From Malacoraja senta (lineage: Eukaryota): DNA of 64,000 nt. The stretch covers positions 62,001-126,000 of the forward strand of contig JAXLNO010000357.1 in the NCBI GenBank assembly GCA_038087875.1, given 5' to 3'. The notes below the pieces were generated by a model. That model saw only the letters and a list, made by a program, of their open reading frames with translations, made no database searches and was not told where the DNA came from. Position numbers and translations under genes: made by a program. Position 1 is the stretch's first letter, and each line of letters starts with the position of its first letter. Positions 38,493 to 52,050 of this stretch are shown here, in pieces.

Positions 38493-40754
38493 CCTTCTGG
38501 TAAAAGGCCTTTGACTTTAAGAAGTTAGCCTTGCTACTCTCTTCACTGAAGCTACCTGATCTGCTGAGTATTTCTGGCATTTTGTTTCCGCAGAATCATT
38601 TTCTAATTTTCTTCAGTTAAATTAGTAAATTAAACAATTTTAAACACTTAAAATCCATGTTGTACTTCCATGGTAAAGTGTCTCGGTGTTAACTGATTCC
38701 CTGGGGATGGCGGAAATGCATCATTAGTGGAAATGCTCTGTAATAATTGATTCAATCTAGGGTAATGAGTAACTTTTGATTAAAAGACATTAGGTTTGCC
38801 ACTGAAAAAGAATGTAGACATGGAAACCAACTATTATCCAGTTTCTGTTGCTTCCAATGTAGAAGGACAGATACATTTTACACTGCATACTCAGTTAGAT
38901 GCTGCCAAGGTTCTTTGCGTTCTCATCTTGGCAGCGGGATGCCAATTTCTAGCCAGTTTGCGTATCCTAATAGCAGATGTCTTGTGGATATAACAAATGC
39001 TGGCAGGTGTTCTACACGAGGATGACTTAGCCAACAGTCAAGGATAATTCCAGACAGGATGGTTGGTGGTCCGTGGTTTTCCAGTGCTGTGTCAGAAGTG
39101 GAGAAAAGCAACAATGTACCCAGGTATCCAGAAAACCCTCCAGACCAAAAGGTAAGGGTGGAAATCAAGGCCACGTTTCAAGTCCCAAGGACTTGAATGT
39201 ACTGTTGGAAAAGGTTCAATGACCTACTGTCACCAAAATCTTGATTAAATAAAGGTTAATTGTTGCATCTGCAATTATCATACTCCAACTTTCCTCAACA
39301 TCAAGACACATAATCGCCACAACTTCTATTGATCAGGACTTGACCATGGCATCCATTTGTTCCCACTATCTCTCACAAAATCTATGCTCCTGCCAACCTC
39401 GTCACTTTTATCTCACCATTTTGACATATTGTCAGCAATTCAACCATGCCAGTTACATTATCCAAGAAGATTGCACCTCATTCACTAAAATACTTCCCTC
39501 TCTCGTACAGAATGAATCCTGCAAATGGAAGAATCTGCCTGATCTGACATAAATAAAGGTGATATTTTGATCAAGACAAAGTTACCTTTTTAACCCAATG
39601 GATTTGGGTTTTTTTTAAATTTGAAGATAAGTGGATGTATTTGGTAACGCTCTGGACTTTTCTCGAAGTCTCTGGATAACATAACTTTGAGTGAAATATA
39701 GCTCACCCACAGAAGTGATTAAAAAAATAATAATAACCAATGCTCTCTGCTGCCAGTTGTCACAAAGTATCCCAGAGAATGATAACTCGAAGCCGAAAGA
39801 GGATAATCCATGTGTTCCTAGTCTCGGAAGGCTGCCCTTAAGATTCCAGAGACAGCCATCCCCTTGCTGCTGTGGGCACTGGTAACGAACCCCTCACCTT
39901 TGGTGTGTAGTGGTTTAGATTTAATGCTGCCTATTCCTTTCCTTCCTGCACAGCGATGCACATGAAAATTACCTTGGATACGAATATTATCTTTACAAAC
40001 ATATCTTTCTTGGGTCATTATATGCAACTAGATTTGCTTGATTCACCCCATGGTCACTGAAAAGCTCATTCATATCCAGTCCCTCTCCAAAGACAAAGGT
40101 GCTAACATTCTGTTACCAATCAGGTATGCGAAGACCTTTGGCAGCTGCTTCACTGATTCAGGTGTATCAAATGTTGGTGTAGATTGATGCCCACAATATT
40201 GCATTCAAACCATCAGAAACCAAAATGACAATTTCTAAAATTGAAGATTTTCTTAGCAATATTTAAGATTACTTCTCACCCAGATCAGGAATTGAGCTGA
40301 GATGATTAACAACTCTGAAACTGCCTCTTCAGTTTGCCTATGTTTAAACCTAGCAGATGTTGGAAAGGAAATTAATACAGGAACTGTGCAAAATTGTTCT
40401 CCACATCAGATTGAAACTTGTCTCCAAAAAGAAAATACAATTGCTTGTATGAGCTAAATTAATTTTAGTATATCCAGGTATTTAAAAGGGTGCTTGGTTC
40501 ATGTTTTGTACATATGAGCTATAAACTATAAATTCCATATAGGTGTAGTACAATGGCAGAGATTGTGTTTGAGGATAAACTGTAGACAAATAATTGTGAA
40601 AACTTAAAATAGGAAAGCAGCTGAATCAGAAGGCTTTGTTAAATGCTTTTAATTGGCCATCAACTTACCTTTAACAACAACAGTTCAAGTAGGCCCAGTA
40701 TTCAGAAGGATGTTTAATAAAGAGTATTGCTAAGCAATGAGCATGTGAAGCCTC

Positions 40755-40936
40755 AAAGTGCTAAAGTAACTCAGCGAGTCAGATAGCATCTGTGGAGGAC
40801 ATGGATACGTTTGTGCCACTGAGTTACTCCAGCACTTTGTGTTCTATCCATTTTCTCCACAGATGCTGATTGACCTGCTGAGTTACTCCAGTACTTTGTC
40901 TTTTAAAAAAAATAAACCAGCATCTGAAGTTCTTTG
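40755..40936. mobile_element. Penelope-terminus element with rearranged arms
   Basis: Arms matching the family consensus; flanked by the direct repeat agcatgtgaag (~40740 and ~40941). Confidence 0.7.
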
Positions 40937-42757
40937 TATCAGCATGTGAAGTCTACAGGTTCTACAGAATAATGGCCTTAATTACATCAGAACTTCTCCT
41001 TGGCTCTGATGGAATTAAAACGGGTCCCTTTATAGTATAGTATAGTATAGTATTTTAATGACCACACAGCCAAGCTGGTGGAATTTTGGGTTGTCAGCAG
41101 CGATACAATAATAAGAACACACAACCACAATAAAAAATGTAACACAAACAGCCCTTTATCCTCATCGGATGTGTAGAGAGATGAGCTGATTCACATTTTT
41201 TTTCAACCATATGGAAAAAATAACTTGGAAGCAAAATGTGAAAGTGCTGGCATAACTCAGCAGGTCAGGCAGCATCTCTGGAGAACATGGATAGGTGATG
41301 TTTTGGATTATGACCCTTTTCCAAGTGAAATACTTGGCTAATGTAAGTCCAAATGGAATTTTTAGCTTGGTTAATGATTCTTTGGTTAATAGAGGAGCTT
41401 ACTTGGGGGGAAAAAATGTTTCTTCTTGGATATTGCTGAATTTGTGGAGAATTAAGGAGCCCAGAAAACCTGAATATGAATGTTAATGTCACCCAGAAAT
41501 CTGAGTACTGTAAAAGTATTACCTGCTTGTTCCATGGATCCTGGTTATGGAGTGTCTGTAATTTCTTCTAACAATTTCTCAAACAAAACCTCTGATGTTT
41601 GTGAGTACTTTTTATGATTGCTCATTGGTTTGAAGAAGGTAATGAGAGGATTTTTTTGATCAGGTGCATGTCCTCATATGACAAGCAGCAGAAGATTGAA
41701 GTATGCATCGCTGAAAGGTTAAAGATGATATTCTGCCTTCCTAACATGGAGTGATATTTACACTTTGTAAACTTTGTCTTTTCTCTCTCTGTGCAGCTGT
41801 ACATGTTCTTGCGGTAAGACTGGAGCACTTTACAGTATCTCACATTCATCTTCACGTGTACAACTTGAGATGAAAAAGCAGTCTCTGGATAGCCTCAATG
41901 AGAAATTATCTTGTGTTGTTACAAAAATCCTCATGACTTGAGCATTCTCTGTTCTGCTGTCTGGTGGTTTAAATTTTGGGCAAAAGTCTGTGCCAGCATT
42001 TGACTTCCTGAATCACCAGTATCAGAGCATGCAAGGCAGAAGCAGCAAAATACCCAAAGAATTTTGGCTAAAATTGGTGTACATTTTCTTGGATAGTAGG
42101 ACGAACATTTCAAGCCCAAGTTAGCCCAAAATCTCCTAGAAATTTCAAGCATATAATTTGAGCAGAGATTGAGGAAATATGGTTTAATAAGTTAAAGCTG
42201 TGGCTATCAAAATATGGTGAACATATTAGGACATGCAGTGAATAGTTTGCAGCTTTCTATAGGGGTCAAGGAAAGAGTGTTCACATCGCGGCCCTGTTTC
42301 CACCAATCTTTCCTCCACCACGCACAAGAAGCGACAAGACAGACACCATGTATGCAGATGCCGAGAAGTGTGTTTAGGTCTGGCTGAACAACTTCTAAGC
42401 TTGTGTGTGGACTCGATGAGAGGAATAAGCTTTCTATAGGGTGCACAGTAACTGGATTGTTGGAGTTGTACTTGCTCCTTCATGATGATACAAAGAATAG
42501 AAAAGGAAGTCTTACATTTTATGTCACACCCACATCTCCTGAAGGCAATACAATACATTTAGATTGTTTTCACACTCGCAATGTAGGAAGTAATTACAAC
42601 AAACTGTGTGAATAGGAAAGCTAAATACTTCAGGGGTTGTAAATTGATATGTTTTACCTGGGTTCTTGATGCTAAATCGCTTGGCAAGTAGGAAACAAAT
42701 TGTTGCTGAAGGGGACAGAATCATAATGTCCTAATTCATTAACATCTGATCTTAAAG

Positions 42758-44010
42758 TGAATTCAAGTTTATTGTTGTCATGTGTACTGAGGTAAAGCGA
42801 AAAGCTTTTGTTTGCGTGCTATCCTATCGGGGGGTGGGGAAACATACATGAATACAATCAAGCTGTCCACGGTGCACCAATGAATGATCAAGCGTACAAC
42901 ATTTAGTTCAAGATTTAACAACAGGCAATAGGTGCAGGAGTAGGACATTTGGCCCTTTGAGCCAGCACTGCCATTCAATGTGATCATGGCTGATCATCCA
43001 CAATCAGTACCCCGTTCCTGCCTTCTCCCCATATCCCTTGACTCCGCTATCTTTAAGAGCTTTATCTAACATTGGAGACATTTGAGCCATCTTCAATGAG
43101 GTAGATAGGAGGTTATGACTACACTCTAGCTGATAAGGACCTTTCTGTTGCCTGATAACAGAAACTGTCCCTGAATCTGGAGGTATACGTTCTCAAGCTT
43201 CTGTACCTTTCGCCCAATGGGAGATGGGAGCAGAGGGAGTGGCCGAGGTAAGAGTGATCCTTGATTATGCTGGTGGCCTTACCGAGGCCACATGAATATG
43301 TAGACTAAGTCAATGGAAGGGAGGATGGTTTGTGTGATGATCTGGGCTAAGTCCACGACTCTGCAATTTCTTGTGGTCTTGGGTGGAGCTGTTTGCAAAC
43401 CAAGCTGTGATGTATCCCAATAAGAGAATGTCTATGGTGCATCTGTAGAAGTTAGTGCGGTTTTTTGGGAGAAATGCTGAACTTCCTAAGCCTTCTAAAA
43501 AAAATAGAGGTATGGTGTGCATTCTTGGGCAGAGCTTCAATGTGGCTGGTCCAGGACAAATAATATTTATTCCTAGGAACCTAATAAGCTTTCCACTATC
43601 TCCACCTTGCCACCAAAATGTAGACTGATGTGTGTGTACTGTTTCACATCCTGAAGTCAATCGCAATCTCCTTTGTCTTGCTGACATTGAAGGAGTGGAT
43701 GTTGTCTTGGCACAAACTTACAAGGTTTCCAATCTCCACAATGGTGGTGTCGCCTGTGAACTTGTAGATTGAGTTTGATCAGTATTTGGCTGTGTATAAG
43801 GAGTATAGTAGAGGGATGTGAATGCATCCTTGTCGGGCACCAGTATTGAGAATTATCATTGAGGATTTGTCACCTATCCTCGCTGATTGTGGTCTGTGGA
43901 TTGGGAAGTCGAGGAGGAAAGTTACAGAGGGATGTGCTGAATCAAGTTCTGTGAGTTTGGAGACTAGCTTGGATGGAATAATGGTATTGAAAGCAGAGCT
44001 ACAGTCAATG
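42758..44010 (-). mobile_element. Old Rex1-type LINE 3' region, with a CR1 tail inserted at ~42920-43070
   Basis: FLGINI..NFYRCTIDILLLGYITAWF..KKLQ; tttattgttgtcatgtgtactgagg tail. Confidence 0.7.
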
Positions 44011-46089
44011 ATTAAGCAAAACCTGATGGGTAGTTAATTTTAGAGAATTAGCCTGAGGAAATGGTTAATATGAAACTGATTAGTTGATTAAAATGCATCT
44101 GGTTCGCACATGGCTGTTAGAGAATATAATCCCATTCTGGCCTGGCCGGTGTCATTCTTGATCCACCTGTATGGCTCACTTTTTAAATTTACTCTACATC
44201 TTGGGGATAATTAAGGTTAGATAATGAATGTAAATTATGCCTGTGATGTACACATCCTATGAAGGAATTTAAAAAGCATTAATGTTTGTTGACATTTTAT
44301 TTAAAAGTGAGTTTAAACCAAAGTTAAAGATTTTATGTACAGTTAATTTTCTGAGAATGTAGAGACTGTGAAGATGTGATTAACTTTAAAATTGATCAAC
44401 TGATCACTTTTTACATCAGTTAAGTTCCAGTGCTACTGAGTAAACTTAGAAACAAAGAAGCCTAAATTAAACCTTCAACCATAGAAAATCAATTTCAACT
44501 AATTACTGTCGAAAATAGACTGCAATTCATTCTAGTGCCACTTTTATGCTATGCTTGGATTCTTATGCCATGAAAATGCTTTCAGTTAAAAGGTGGAATA
44601 ATTGTCTACCCATAAGGAATTGTGCAATAGATGGTCGTAATAGATCATTACTATTTCTTTAGCATGCTAGCAGTAGAATGGATAATAGTATTTTAAAAAT
44701 TGATGCAATGTGAGTTGTTAAAATGTAAAAAATGATCTACAAAAGCATGAACAAAGAGGAGATTCCAGTTTGAGAATTTTGGCTTTGCAGGGACGGTGAC
44801 AAAAGAAAGAAGGTTAGCAACATGAGCAATAAACAAACCCAAAATGTCATCTGTCCAACCCGCTGAGTTCCTGCAGCAGTTTGTTATTTTTTGCTCAAGA
44901 TTCCAGCATCTCCAGTCTCTTGTGTCTCCAAGGTTAACAAACACTGCAATAAGTAGAAGCATTGTGATGGTTTTGTAACAAATTTTACTTCAAGGTTTTT
45001 TCTTCGTTCTATTGTATTTTGATAGAATTGAAAAATATTTATGCAACAGGAGAATGCAAGAGCTCTAATAAAACCTTGCGGAAAATGATGATTTTTTTCA
45101 ATTCGATCCAAATCCAGCACTTATCCCCAGTTGACAGTGATGACTCTGAGCAGGTAATGTAATTCTGCATTGCTATTTGACAGGGTGTTTCTCAATTATA
45201 GCCCAGAGGAAATGGTGGAAAGATAATGTACATCCAAGTTGGAATGCAAAGTTCCTAGTTCAATGCTTGGTATGTTGTGCAGTGCATTTTATCAATAGCA
45301 TGCCTGTGTAGCCTGCTCAAGGAAATAGATGGCTCAGAAGGTGCATGGCTTGATAATTAATTGGGTGGCTTTCCATGGATGGCATTAAGGTCTTTGGGTA
45401 TTTTATATCCCTCATCCATCTAGGTAAGTGCAAATTTCACACTAGGTGGTGAAATCCTTGGGGGGAAATCAGGAATCTAGTGGAAAGTATCTGATCTCAT
45501 GGCTGCAACTGGTATGATTAGTTTCCAATAAGATGGTTACAGTGGGCAATTTGATGATAGAAGTAACAGAAGCAGAAGGTTGGACTCTCCAATGATTGCT
45601 GCTTATCAACGGAACAGTGCAAGTATTACTGTCATACTGTAATAATATTCCTTGACATGTTATCTGTGGAATATAAATGGAGGCAAGGCTGTAAGCTCCG
45701 GAGTGGGGTCTCCAGGTAGAGTCCACACGATGCCTGGTGGACAAATTACTTGTGAGTAATCACGGCTGAAGAGCACTGTGGATGCCCCCTTGCCTCACTT
45801 CTCATGTCCAAAATCTGATCCCACAGCAATTTCCTCATCACCTATGAAAGGGCTGAACTTAGTCCAAACTGTGCTTTCTAAAGTGTGATGCTAAACAATA
45901 GCGGGGGGGGGGGGGTGAGAAGGGACACACCAAGGTAATATCTGATCATATCTGATCATGATCCCAGTGAGCAATGGGTCACATTTATTTTTCAGTAAAA
46001 GTGATGACACGGTTGCATATTGTTTCTGAAGTCTACTTGAGTCGCCTCGCTCCATTCCGAATTTGAGCAGTTAAACCAACACACAGGAT

Positions 46090-46410
46090 TTCATTTAGTT
46101 TATTTATTGTCACGTGTACTGAGGTACAGTGAAAAGCTTTTGTTGCGTGCTAACCAGTCAGTGGAAAGACAATACATGATTACAATTGAGCAATTCACAA
46201 TGAATAAAGGTGATAACGTTTAGAGCAAGATAAGTCTGATCAAATAAGTCCAAGGGTCTCCTATGAGCTAGAAAATAATTCAACACTGCTCTCTAGTTGT
46301 GGTCGGATGTTGAGTTGCCTGATAACAGCTGTGAAGAAACTGTCCCTGAAACTGGAGGCATGCGTTTTCACATTTCTGTAGCTTTTGCCAGATGGGAGAG
46401 CAGAGAAGAA
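46090..46410 (-). mobile_element. Rex1-type LINE 3' tail
   Basis: tttattgtcacgtgtactgaggtacagtgaaaagc; matches 42760-43230. Confidence 0.65.
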
Positions 46411-47852
46411 TTAAACCCATAGTGCTCTTCATTTGTCGAGCACAGTATTATATTGGTTACAACTAGGTTCAATCTATTTTGCATTAAGTAATGGCCTATT
46501 TGCCACTATTTAAAAATAACCTTTATCTCACTACTGTTCGCCATATACGGTCTGCAATTCTCCTATTTCCACCGGCCTGATCAATTATTTTGCACAGCAT
46601 ATGACTTGTAGGTACAAGCTATCTGCTGGAGGAACTCAGCAGGTCGAGAAACATCTGTGGGTGGAAAGGGCTGGTCCTGATGCAGGGTTTCAACCCAAAA
46701 TGTTAATGCTGCTTGAAATGTTGAGCCCTCCAGCAGATTGTTTGTTGTTCCAGACTCCAACATCTGCAGTCTCTTGTGTCTCCATAGACTTGTACAGTTT
46801 GCTGATCATACAGTATTCCATTCAGAACACATCATCTAACTATTATTTTGTTATTAACCTATTTCTTCCAACATCCTTTGTGAACTGCTATATCTCCATT
46901 TCACCTTGAGTCAACTGAAGGGAAGTGTTTTAATTACTTTCACTTGAACCTTGTCCTGTCTCTCTAATAGCATGTGTTCTCCACTGCAGTGGGCTGACAA
47001 TCATCCATTGGAAATGGGTTTAAGATCCAGGCCTCTAGCATGGAGACTGAGTCAAATCCTTCTGACAGCTAACTTGCCCTCAGCTCAAATTGCTGTTACC
47101 ACAAATTCAGCTGTTCACTGCTGTGAATCAATCTTAGGAAGGCTGTGTCAGGATAAATTGTTCTCGAGCCATTCGTTTTAAGTGCAATAACCTGCAAATT
47201 AAGTGCATTGCCAAAAATAAAATCTATTAAACAGCTTGCTGTCAAATGCTTCAGAGGGAAAATAACTAAATCGCAGTCTGTTACTGATGTAAAATTATTT
47301 TTCTCCACTGACTCTAAATTTGTTTTCTAATTTCAAGCAGAGAAGAGTGGAAGTTCAGTTCCATTTACTGGATTGAATTGGTATTGATGTATTATAACAG
47401 TTCTTGTTAACTTATTCAAAAGCAGTTTACTAACATAAAAGCATAAGAAATAATATCAGGAGTAGGGTAATTGGGCATTTGAGCCAGTTCCATCATTCAA
47501 CAAAATTGTGGCTGATCATTTATTTTCTCACCAACCTCCATATCCTTCAATCCTGACAGCACCCACACCTCTAATGGTAGTGTGGAATATATTCAAATCA
47601 TGGCATTCTGAGTTGGAGAATTACAAATATGTACACAGTTTTGAGCAGAGACACCTTTTTCTTTTCTAAATAGTTGACCCCATCAACCCTGACACCTTTC
47701 GGGATCTTGTACATCTCCACAAGACTGCCTCGCATTCTTTCCAACTCCAAAGACTGTAGACCTCCCTTTACAATATCTAATCGGATAAGCCTTCATCCCA
47801 GAGGTTAATCCAGTAAAACTGCTCTACATGGATTTCAAGGAAAGTCTATCCT

Positions 47853-47976
47853 ACAGAGATACAGTGCAGAAACAGTCCTTTCAGCCCATTGACACCACGC
47901 CAACCAGCGATCAGTTGTGCACTAGCTTTTTCCTACCCACTAGGTACAATTTTCACATTTTCTTATCGAAGCCAAT

Positions 47977-48042
<66 letters not shown>

Positions 48043-49150
48043 TGCCTTTATTGTCATTCCGAAGTCTGGACGAAATTGCAGCAGTCATACATATAACACA
48101 ATAAAAACAACAATAAACACATATTAACATCCACCACAGTGAGTCCATTCAACATCTCCTCACTGTGATGGAGGCAAAAGTCTTAGGTCTGCAGTCTCTT
48201 CCCTCCTCTTCTCCCTCTGCGCTGAGGCGATACCCCCTGGGCGATGTTATGAATCAGTCCCGCGGCTCAAACACCGCGGCCCGGGGTGGTCGAAGCTGCC
48301 GCCCACCAGTCCTGCAGACGCAGCCGCTGGCCCGCGGCCGAACCCCGGACTCAGGCCACCACCGCCAGAACACCGTCCCAGCCACCCTCACGTGAGTACC
48401 GTGCCGCCTTCAGCCTCGGCCTGGGCCGCCCCGACATGGGCGTCGCTTCTTCGCCGGGCCGCCCCGACCTGGGCGTCGCTTCGCCCTCTGGCCGAGCTGC
48501 CCCGACTGGACTTGGGCGTCGCTTCTCCCCCCGGCCGGGCCGCCCCGACTTGGGTGCCGAACCTCCCTTGGGCTGCGAGCGCCGCACCTCCCCGAGCTCG
48601 GCCGCTCCAATGGGAGCCTCGTTCCACCCTTGGGCTGGCTGGCCGCCCGCCCTCACAAGAGCGCCACAACCTCTCACGGGAGCACTGTTCCAGCCCTGAG
48701 CCGGACCACCCTCACGGGAGCGAGCTCAGGGCGAGTCCTGACGGGCTCTGCCTCCGGAGTCTCGAAGTCATCAGCTCCATTAGGCCTCAGCGCAGACGGA
48801 GGCAGAGAAGGGGAATACGACAAAAAAGTCGCATTCCCCCGCAGGGAGAGACTGCAAACCCCGTTTCAACCCCCCACCCCCCCCAAAACACAAACTAAGA
48901 ACCAAAAACTAGACTAACCAAAACAAAATAAACAACACAAAAAACACAAACAAACGGGACTGCCGATGAGCCGCTGCAGCCAGGGCCGTGCCGCCACTCC
49001 GGAACGTACAACCCTGTATGTCTTTGGGGTGCAGGGGGGGGGAAACTGACCCACGCGGTCACAGGGCGAACGGACAACAGCACCTGTAGTCAGGATTAAA
49101 CCCGGGTCTCTGGCTCTGTAAGGCAGCAACTCTACCACTGTGCTGCCCTA
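47853..49150 (-). mobile_element. HE1/V-SINE-like SINE split by a 1-kb GC-rich insertion
   Basis: gaagccaatta|[insert]|acgtacaaccctgtatgtctttgg; tRNA-like head at 49090-49148. Confidence 0.75.
47978..49003 (-). mobile_element. GC/CpG-rich non-autonomous retroelement with (GATA)16 tail
   Basis: (GATA)16 at 47979-48042; tgacaataaa 3' end; internal ~33-bp GC repeats at 48423-48558; no meaningful ORF. Confidence 0.75.
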
Positions 49151-49454
49151 CCTTTCCATAGATTCTAATTTGATCTTGCTTTTGCCAGACTGCTGTGTAA
49201 TACTGAAAATGTGTTATACACAATGAGAGAAATTAAAGATATGGCCTTAACAAAGCCCCATGTTATTGCAGTACTTTACAATGGAGGGCCAACATGCCTT
49301 TGTTCTGTCTGCATGTTTAAATTATCTTTTGTTCACAAGAAGCTGTTATACTACAATGAAAATGTCATTCACAATGAAAAATTATCTCAGTTTTGATATG
49401 AATATATTTTAATGGATATTGAGAAAATGTGTGTGGCAATCTGGGTAGATTCTA

Positions 49455-49649
49455 TGTGGCTACAAGGAACTGCAAATGCTGGTTTCTATATTTAAAAAAA
49501 AATCTTAAGTGCTGAAGTAACTCAATGGGTCAGGGAGCATCTCTGGATAGTCTGAAGAACCGTCCCAACTCCAAATACTACCTATCCATGTTCTTCATAG
49601 ATGCCGCCTGACCAGCTGAGTTACTCCAGCATTTTCTTTTAAAGTCTTT
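49455..49649. mobile_element. Penelope-terminus palindromic element
   Basis: Inverted arms; TSD tgggtagattcta at 49442-49454 and 49650-49662. Confidence 0.78.
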
Positions 49650-50279
49650 TGGGTAGATTCTAATTTGATCTTGCTGTTGGCAAACTGCTGTGTCATACTG
49701 CAAATGTGTTATACAAAATGTAAATCAACAGCAAAACGACTGCTCTTGACTTTAGATAGTTAGAAACCTTGATAATTGCCACCAGATCCAACAAAATAAA
49801 TGTAGTGGGTGAAAATAATCTTATGTGACGTAATGTGAAAATAATCTTATTTTCAATGATTTCAATGGTGGTTTTTAAAATGTTTTATAAATGCTTTTAA
49901 TGCAATGTTGAATGTGCAAAGGAAAGATGTATACAGCTTACAACAATTGCATTTATCAAAAAGTTTAATAATGAATAAGCTGCTGACAGCAGTTATACTA
50001 GAAGCAGTGGAGCTACTCATCTGAACTGTTTATTTTGTTCAGGTGTTCAGCAACCATATAGAAATGTAGCAACTCATTAAGTAAAGCATTCAATGGACTT
50101 GCCTGATAAGATGCACCGGGAAACACAGGAAATAACCAGTAGCCATTTTTGGCAGAATAGAAACTGATTCTGTTTTTTCCAGGGATCTAAAGCTGTACCC
50201 ACCCAAGGCTACAGAGTAAAACCTCAGAGTATTGTAAACTACTTAGAAGGCTTGAATAGCCTGAACAAGTAAACTGATC

Positions 50280-50963
50280 CAGATAAACACAATATGCTGG
50301 AGTAACTCAGTGGGACGGGCAACTTCTCTGGACTGAAGGAATGGATGTTTTGGGTCGAGACCCTTCATCAGATGAAGACCTTCTGAATAAGGGTCTCGAC
50401 CTGAAATGTCACCCATTCTTTCTATCCAGAGATTCTGCCTTACCTCTGCATCAAATACTATGGACTTTGTACAACATTGCATTATTTCAACTTGGACTAT
50501 TATGGTCTGGTTAACTAATATAGTTGATTATTTATTTATCTCTTTGTTGTATATGTATCATGTGTTAATGAAGTCATGAACCCACTGCAAATGTCATTGT
50601 TCCATTCCTGGTACATATGACGAACACTGAACTCTTGATTTTACTGCTTAAGACTGAATTTATTCAGAATGAGGGAATAATGTCTTGTGTGTAGGAAGGA
50701 ACTGCAGATGGACACAAAATGCTGGAGTAACTCAGTGGGACAGGCAGCATCTCTGGAGAGGAATGGGTGACGTTTCTTGTCACCCGCTGAGTTACTCCAG
50801 CATCTTGCATCTACCTTCGATTTAAACCAGCATCTGCAGTTCTTTCTTGCACAAAGGTTTCAACCGAAGATAGACACACAAAGCTGGAGTAACTCAGTGG
50901 GACAGGCAGCATCTCTGGAGAGAAGGAATGGCTGACGTTTCGGGTCGAGACCCTTCTTCAGAC
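50280..50963. mobile_element. Cluster of Penelope-terminus elements (50280-50440 and 50688-50963) around a Rex-type tail; intact minus-strand hammerhead core 50934-50961
   Basis: Minus strand reads gtCTGAAGAaGGGTctcgACCCGAAAcGTCagc; three alternating arms in 50688-50963. Confidence 0.8.
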
Positions 50964-51827
50964 CGGCTCATGCCAGATGAAGGAATGGTATTCAGGATAT
51001 ATCAATGTTCACTAAGTACTGTGAAATTAGTCTTCTTCTGAAGATTAATTCAAAGCACTGTTAGGCCAGACTTTATAAAATGGAGGAGGAATGCAGCAGC
51101 AGATATTGCCCCCCCCCCCCCCCCCCCTTCCTTCCCATTATATAGTGTCCATAATTTGGACTACTGACACAACAATTTAAAGAATATACTTGGCTGTGTG
51201 ACAATCAAGACAGTTTAAAGGGAAACAAATGGTAAATCGACATACAGCCTAGAACAAAATTAAAATGTTCTAATAAATTGGTCAACTCGACCCAGAAATA
51301 TAGCAATTAAAAATGATATCCAATGTTTAATAAAGATTGACTTCTGAGAACCAGATGCACAATATACTGAGAGGTTTTCACTGTGATATCTCAAGAAATG
51401 TATCAGGCTAGTGGTGACAAGTAGTTGCTATCAATCTTGTGTTCCATTTAAAATTAAATGTAATTGTCAAGAAAGTAAATGTCCTTGCCCACTGGAAATG
51501 GCTACAAAACTCTCCACTCTCTTTTCAATATAACAAGCTTGTTCAAATTTGATTGTAAGAAATGAAGCTTTCTCCCTGCATGAAACACTGAATCTTGGCA
51601 ATATGAAAAAATCCACTTGAGTACTGATGCTCTTCATAGAATCTTCTGCCTGCACACTTGTGTCATGAGCTACCTAAAAGATTCATTCTCTGTTGTAAAA
51701 TAGTCATGAACTGCTGAGTTTCCTAATTCATCACTTTCCTTCATTCCCAACATTACAATGGAGATAAGAAATGCATAAAATACACAACAACAAAATTGTA
51801 ATCCCCACAATCAGGTATAGTCTAAGG

Positions 51828-52050
51828 CAGGGGTTCCCAACCTTTTTTGTCCTGTTTACCCCAGACAACTTTAATAGCACATAACAATGTTATTTCACTT
51901 ATTTATGAACAACTAATGATGAACAGATTCCGGTATACCAGAACCATAGTCAGTCAATGAGAAAATATATGTACAAATCCAGAATCAACAAATTTGCCCC
52001 CCCCCCACCCCCCCCGAGTAGGTAAATTTACCCCAGGTTGGGAACGCTTT
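51828..52050. mobile_element. hAT (Charlie-type) MITE
   Basis: CAGGGGTTCCCAACC...GGTTGGGAACgcttt; 8-bp TSD gtctaagg/gtgtaagg; partial second copy at 58034-58103. Confidence 0.8.

Noticed and set aside
48165..48917. Overlapping GC-rich ORFs / apparent CpG-island promoter
   Set aside because: They lie within an insertion that splits a SINE; the ORFs are open only because of high GC content and internal repeats.
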